From: Glycera tridactyla
Lineage: Eukaryota
NCBI GenBank assembly: GCA_965644265.1
Contig: OZ286469.1
Span: forward strand, 88,660,001 to 88,724,000
Reading direction: 5' to 3'
Length of the DNA: 64,000 bases
Position numbers and translations under genes: made by a program. This document shows, in pieces, positions 63,501-64,000 of this stretch (positions within the stretch are counted from its first letter, which is position 1; each line of letters opens with the position of its first letter). The notes under the pieces were generated by a model. It did no database searches, was not told the origin of the DNA, and saw nothing but the letters and a program-made list of their open reading frames with translations.

Positions 63501-63814
63501 TGGGTCAGCCCCTAGACTTCTTTTGATTATGGCCAATCAGTTAGTACCAACCAGGTTGTCTGCAATACAAGCGCCAGCAAAAGCCATTAATAGACACTAG
63601 ACAATAGACACTAGACAATAGACAATAGACATTATCAAGGGCAGCAATTGAATAGTTCAAAGAACGAGTTACTTACATTGATGGCATGGTCGTCAATATG
63701 TTTGAATACACGAGGATCCGCATAGATCTGATGCTTGAGGTATCGAGGCGGGCACGGAGCGGGTCGTGATTCGAGCGTTAGCGGCTCTGGATCAAAGTTA
63801 GGTGGCGCTGTCAT
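1292..63814 (-). CDS. Spliced gene (11 coding exons, 613 aa): hillarin/KY-like transglutaminase-fold protein without a LIM domain
   Basis: Manual exon chaining: 63677-63814, 30796-30881, 27578-27718, 26634-26799, 17564-17795, 16783-16871, 15115-15261, 14259-14547, 12002-12264, 9961-10077, 1292-1465. All introns are GT..AG with matching phases (0,2,2,0,1,0,0,1,0,0) and the total is 1842 nt. Motifs EKARAIFRW, YSGLHCVTVSGWAKG.Y.PG, NHSWNAV.IDG.W..VD.HW, YEYDDFYFLPEP and LPARGEYGLEIYAN match my recollection of hillarin/KY/LTD-1. No database search was run. Confidence 0.9.
2236..2394. mobile_element. ~160-bp MITE, family B (AAGACCACCT subrepeats)
   Basis: TA|CAGTCGGACCTG...CAGGTTCGACTG|TA. Homologous to 46827-46986. 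Confidence 0.88.
3644..3760. repeat. (GT)n(GC)n microsatellite with a degenerate purine-pyrimidine alternating tail
   Basis: TGTGTG...CGCGCGCGC followed by ATGC/GTGT-rich sequence. Confidence 0.88.
7931..8108. mobile_element. 178-bp MITE, Tc1/mariner-pogo type, family A copy 1
   Basis: TIR CAGTAAAACCTGTC...GACAGGTTTTACTG, flanked by TA on both sides. Homologous to 40387-40564 and 55417-55594. Confidence 0.9.
9961..10077 (-). CDS. Coding exon 10: VVQTSSQDWDGSSSTHSTYRQEVEEFPGGSRTYTQRTMQ
   Basis: Acceptor tatttag, donor GTATG. 117 nt, phase 0 to 0, open frame, and a locally GC/CpG-rich island like the other exons. No homology evidence. Confidence 0.72.
12002..12264 (-). CDS. Coding exon 9: SLPARGEYGLEIYANEPDREGDTFTHMCQYL...RAGPPGKQ
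   Basis: Acceptor gtttacag, donor GTAAC. 263 nt, phase 1 to 0. The P..GEYGLEIYA...HMCQYL motif is typical of the hillarin/KY C-terminal region. Confidence 0.92.
12684..12948. repeat. Tandem duplication, ~138-bp unit x2
   Basis: GTACAACAGCGAG.CAACTCTGTGACTCTCACAAGAGAG...GCAAAGACATGATGTG.AAGTCT occurs twice head-to-tail. Confidence 0.88.
14259..14547 (-). CDS. Coding exon 8: AVCEYKIVCDQAAGDIRPYPLCSDSNWGPG...EQDNQIYVT(V)
   Basis: Acceptor tttgtag, donor GTGTGT. 289 nt, phase 0 to 1. Matches the ORF-track entry 14194..14544. Confidence 0.9.
14583..14823. mobile_element. Dispersed repeat (hAT-like MITE), second copy at ~45735-45985
   Basis: Shared GATTATTGCAT.GTTGAGA.GTCC.ATT.GATT.AT.GATCATGCAAATTGACAATCGA.TAAGTTA core. 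Termini TAGAGCTGTG / CACAGCCTA. Confidence 0.65.
15115..15261 (-). CDS. Coding exon 7: GIQLKRYVIQETTDNRVSFYFRAPREGNYYLTVFAQAVGDRIRVENVFK
   Basis: Acceptor ttctgcag, donor GTGAGT. 147 nt, phase 0 to 0. KY-type beta-sandwich motif (F.fr.P..G.Y.L.vFA). Confidence 0.9.
15686..15815. mobile_element. Hairpin MITE with ~38-bp imperfect TIRs
   Basis: AGAATGTCCCAAGTGCCTGGTCCTCGAAGACATTACAC against the reverse complement of GTGTAATGCCTTCCAGGACCAGGCACGAGGGATATTCT. Confidence 0.75.
16783..16871 (-). CDS. Coding exon 6: (G)ILVLSLGFTRPTAFTFKLGYGDHGVESLQ
   Basis: Acceptor tttttcag, donor GTAAG. 89 nt, phase 1 to 0, which is exactly what is needed to join exons 5 and 7. Confidence 0.88.
17564..17795 (-). 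CDS. Coding exon 5: SERNTPENLVYEYDDFYFLPEPAQ...GVLHTRK(G)
   Basis: Acceptor ggtttcag, donor GTGAG. 232 nt, phase 0 to 1. Contains the conserved Y.YDDFYFL..P motif. Confidence 0.93.
18500..18676 (+). mobile_element. 3'-end fragment of a LINE/SINE: AATAAA plus (GTCATT)n tail
   Basis: AATAAA at 18648-18653 followed by GTCTAT(GTCATT)2GTCAT. The same tail type occurs in reverse at 50807-50847. Confidence 0.6.
19451..20205. mobile_element. 755-bp non-autonomous Tc2/pogo-like element
   Basis: TIR CCGTATATACTCGCATAT / ATATGCGAGTATATACGG with TA flanks. CCGTATAT termini resemble C. elegans Tc2 as I recall them. Confidence 0.85.
23157..23326. other. Assembly gap (170 N)
   Basis: N run. Confidence 1.
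24321..24466. other. Assembly gap (146 N)
   Basis: N run. Confidence 1.
25935..26150. repeat. ~215-bp dispersed repeat, inverted copy at ~34373-34592
   Basis: Reverse-complement match. Both copies give near-identical pseudo-ORF text (LSRNLIHSP.DSGEWLN.KTTFHDPG.QHAG) in the ORF track. Confidence 0.85.
26634..26799 (-). CDS. Coding exon 4 (transglutaminase-like His/Asp motifs): YSGLHCVTVSGWAKGVDYRPG...NHSWNAVNIDGNWQMVDSHWATRYLQ
   Basis: Acceptor tttttcag, donor GTAGGT. 166 nt, phase 2 to 0. Carries the H-x-WNAV...D motif of the KY/hillarin/Cyk3 transglutaminase-like domain. Confidence 0.95.
27032..27237. mobile_element. 206-bp MITE with GGCC termini (possibly PIF/Harbinger-type)
   Basis: TIR GGCCTATTCGACTGGTCGGTTTCGTTGA matches the reverse complement of TCAACGAAACCAACCAGTCGAATAGGCC (1 mismatch in 28). 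The TSD is not clean. Confidence 0.75.
27578..27718 (-). CDS. Coding exon 3: AIFRWMTTKNMYTIMFDSELPGSPEAVLGGFKDEKSTYARIFECLA(C)
   Basis: Acceptor gttttcag, donor GTAAG. 141 nt, phase 2 to 2. Overlaps the ORF-track entry 27574..27774. Confidence 0.92.
27939..30500 (+). mobile_element. 5'-truncated non-LTR retrotransposon (CR1/L2-group LINE) in intron 2, antisense to the host gene
   Basis: Open 697-aa ORF at 28005-30098 with RT motifs NYRPISLL, EQSGFR, FLDLKKAFDTVDH, GVPQGSILGPLLF, YADD and KYLGI. The in-frame linker RNFKRANY starts at 27939 and there is no endonuclease domain. An AT-rich 3' UTR ends at AATAAA 30494-30499. No TSD found. Confidence 0.93.
28005..30098 (+). CDS. LINE ORF2 reverse transcriptase (endonuclease domain missing)
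   Basis: Uninterrupted ORF with canonical RT subdomains and an intact YADD. Confidence 0.92.
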   Translation: MMVNSKCIDMCTAKVFDTLSTIVDEHIPLKTYKVKESVPDWVDGEYLDAIRAREESSRKFKLNPTEENHIVKVECLKRTKSLKLLLQKNYINDKLNTAKSDMKKLWKTIREFWRSEKSQVCINKINECTDESEIPEILNCHFSSIGDKLSAQIPRSSFDPVEHFPFEYKDTFTLTEINDTDILNVINGMDPSKSGRDDGLHCKVLKKCCNALCPILKYLFNRSIKEGIFPNIWKIATIIPLYKEGDHSNPGNYRPISLLSTTSKILERLIHQQIYSYIERMDLLCREQSGFRRGRSTSTCLLEFLDNVYLGMEEGMAAGTVFLDLKKAFDTVDHALLLRKLRLFGLSELCVNWIWSYLDSRFCETKVGGHVSSKNPVGCGVPQGSILGPLLFTIYINDLPYYLRTVTPNMHHITMTSQLYADDTAISVKGTCSISIQTQLNDVMKYVSRWMIMNRLSLNLKKTNYIVFSHPQHQYRFTDISLSLGECNIDRSEKIKYLGIVLDPILSFKLHVSHIRSKTIGKIGVLGRLRPVINRKTALMLYKTLILPIFDYGDILYNCLSQRDNYNLQKLQNSALRHVDRRPRRYNTEQLHQNLNMQMLDSRRRDHEIIQVKKMLSPAYAAVPLCTNVVYPHDHETRSKSKAYVKISRWKYKISERNFRHRGSKSWNAHIESYPDTAGLDLEPFKKFIKELRHLDT
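30796..30881 (-). CDS. Coding exon 2: EARTNYRNFKDLVWNLIYKKNFNDLEKA(R)
   Basis: Acceptor tgttacag, donor GTGAG. 86 nt, phase 0 to 2. Joins exon 3 to give the EKARAIFRW motif. Confidence 0.9.
31113..31287. mobile_element. MITE related to family A (diverged)
   Basis: TIR CAGTGAAACCTG...CAGGTTTCACTG with GAGACC/GGTCTC internal repeats. Right flank is TA, left flank is CA. Confidence 0.8.
33003..33293. other. Assembly gap (291 N)
   Basis: N run. Confidence 1.
33420..33590. repeat. (CA)n followed by (GT)n microsatellites in inverted arrangement
   Basis: (CA)n at 33420-33494, a ~25-bp spacer, (GT)n at 33520-33565, then GC/CA dinucleotides. Confidence 0.92.
38143..38347. repeat. 205-bp fold-back element with ~70-bp inverted arms
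   Basis: The first 39 bp of the arms are perfectly complementary, 58/60 and 65/70 overall, with a 65-bp spacer. Confidence 0.92.
38438..39127. repeat. Degenerate minisatellite, ~22-23-bp unit (TGTGTGCAAAGGGCAGTTGTCT-like)
   Basis: About 30 recognisable GCAAA(A/G)GGCAGT units. It produces several overlapping Cys/Lys-rich spurious ORFs. Confidence 0.9.
40387..40564. mobile_element. 178-bp MITE, family A copy 2 (opposite orientation)
   Basis: Same TIRs, TA TSD and length as 7931-8108, in reverse complement. Confidence 0.9.
41772..42599. mobile_element. 828-bp non-autonomous hAT-like element
   Basis: TIR TAGGGCTGGGACGA / TCGTCCCACCCCTA and an 8-bp direct repeat CAACCAAC at 41764-41771 and 42600-42607. 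Confidence 0.85.
42331..42508. mobile_element. 178-bp MITE related to family C, nested inside the hAT element
   Basis: TA|CAGTAAAACTTG...CAGGTTTTACTG|TA. Shares GAAAAA.tGG.CCGTGACTTTTCACT with 43607-43783. Confidence 0.82.
43607..43783. mobile_element. 177-bp MITE, family C (uninterrupted copy)
   Basis: TA|CAGTGAAACCTG...CAGGTTTTACTG|TA. Reverse complement of the outer parts of 47983-49085. Confidence 0.9.
44339..44514. other. Assembly gap (176 N)
   Basis: N run. Confidence 1.
45141..45318. mobile_element. MITE, family B (reverse orientation)
   Basis: TA|CAGTCAAAC...GGTTGGACTG|TA with GGTGGTC/TATAGAGAGG subrepeats. Confidence 0.8.
46653..46706. repeat. 20-bp tandem repeat, about 2.7 copies
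   Basis: TTCACTGGCCCACAGCTGAT repeated. Confidence 0.85.
46827..46986. mobile_element. ~160-bp MITE, family B
   Basis: TA|CAGTCGAACCT...AGGTTCAACTG|TA, with an internal sequence matching 2236-2394. Confidence 0.88.
47176..47301. mobile_element. Short CAGT-terminated MITE
   Basis: TIR CAGTCAAACTCGTC / GACAAGTTTGACTG, right flank TA. Confidence 0.7.
47983..49085. mobile_element. Family C MITE interrupted by a 918-bp element
   Basis: The outer segments 47983-48067 and 48994-49085 rejoin into the 177-bp sequence at 43607-43783. TA TSD. Confidence 0.9.
48074..48991. mobile_element. 918-bp non-autonomous Tc1/mariner-pogo-type element, nested
   Basis: TA|CAGTCGAACCTGTCCTAAGCGG...TTAAGGCAGGGGCGACTG|TA. 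No transposase ORF. Confidence 0.85.
50807..50900 (-). mobile_element. 3'-end fragment of a LINE/SINE: AATAAA plus (GTCATT)5 tail
   Basis: The minus strand reads CCAAATAAAGTTTCT(GTCATT)4GTCAT. Confidence 0.6.
51420..51643. mobile_element. hAT-like MITE with CAGGG termini
   Basis: CTGGGTTCTACGCTA / TAGCGTAGAGCCCTG. Related segments at about 51955-52150, 54920-55110 (reverse) and 57270-57345. Confidence 0.68.
55417..55594. mobile_element. 178-bp MITE, family A copy 3
   Basis: Same TIRs and TA TSD. About 90% identical to 7931-8108 by eye. Confidence 0.9.
57432..57568. mobile_element. Degenerate family B MITE
   Basis: TAGTCAAACCTGCTCTAAAGACCACCT...AGGTTAGACTG. Similar degenerate copies lie near 24776-24905, 51170-51328 and 58370-58512. 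Confidence 0.7.
58081..58143. repeat. 21-bp tandem repeat x3
   Basis: AC(T/C)TAGGA(T/G)AGGTTTGCAAAT repeated three times. Confidence 0.88.
58828..59056. mobile_element. hAT-like MITE (CAGGGTTGCATCCAG termini)
   Basis: CAGGGTTGCATCCAGG / TCTGGATGCAAACCCGTG imperfect TIR. TSD not seen. Confidence 0.6.
59297..59618. mobile_element. MITE, family B composite with a duplicated right half
   Basis: Left TIR at 59297. Right TIR plus TA at 59520, and a second right TIR plus TA at 59618. Confidence 0.82.
63677..63814 (-). CDS. Coding exon 1 (start codon): MTAPPNFDPEPLTLESRPAPCPPRYLKHQIYADPRVFKHIDDHAIN
   Basis: ATG at 63814 in an ACAATG context with an in-frame TAA just upstream. Acceptor ttttgcag at 63861 (5' UTR part 63815-63860), donor GTAAGT at 63676. 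138 nt, phase 0. Confidence 0.85.
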
Positions 63815-64000
63815 TGTGACCTCTTAGACTCGGTAAAATCCAAAGTTAGAGTCAGTGTCCCTGCAAAATGAGAACAAAATAGAGACTTATCATACGGATG
63901 CACACTGGAAATGTAGACGATGAGATGGATGAATGAATGTAGTCCATGCTAGAGCACTAGACTCGGAGGTTCGCCAGAAAGTTCACCTGTAACGCGATCA

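Overview
Eukaryotic (animal, probably marine invertebrate) genomic DNA, AT-rich and repeat-rich, with four assembly gaps. One long minus-strand gene spans almost the whole window. By hand it assembles into 11 coding exons (63814 to 1292), all joined by GT-AG introns with consistent phases, giving a 1842-nt CDS (613 aa). The product is a hillarin / kyphoscoliosis-peptidase (KY)-like transglutaminase-fold protein. It keeps the catalytic His and Asp but appears to lack the Cys, has no N-terminal LIM domain, and ends in a low-complexity tail with a DDLPPPPPEL motif. The introns contain a 5'-truncated CR1/L2-group LINE with an open RT ORF, more than 15 TA-flanked Tc1/mariner-pogo-type MITEs, hAT-like and Harbinger-like non-autonomous elements, fold-back hairpins, minisatellites and microsatellites. 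The most notable features are a nested transposon stack with an apparent TACATGTA excision footprint, two elements with different ends sharing one internal core, and long intronic hairpins. I found no prokaryotic features, rRNA, tRNA or CRISPR arrays, and no wholly new multi-gene system that I can support.
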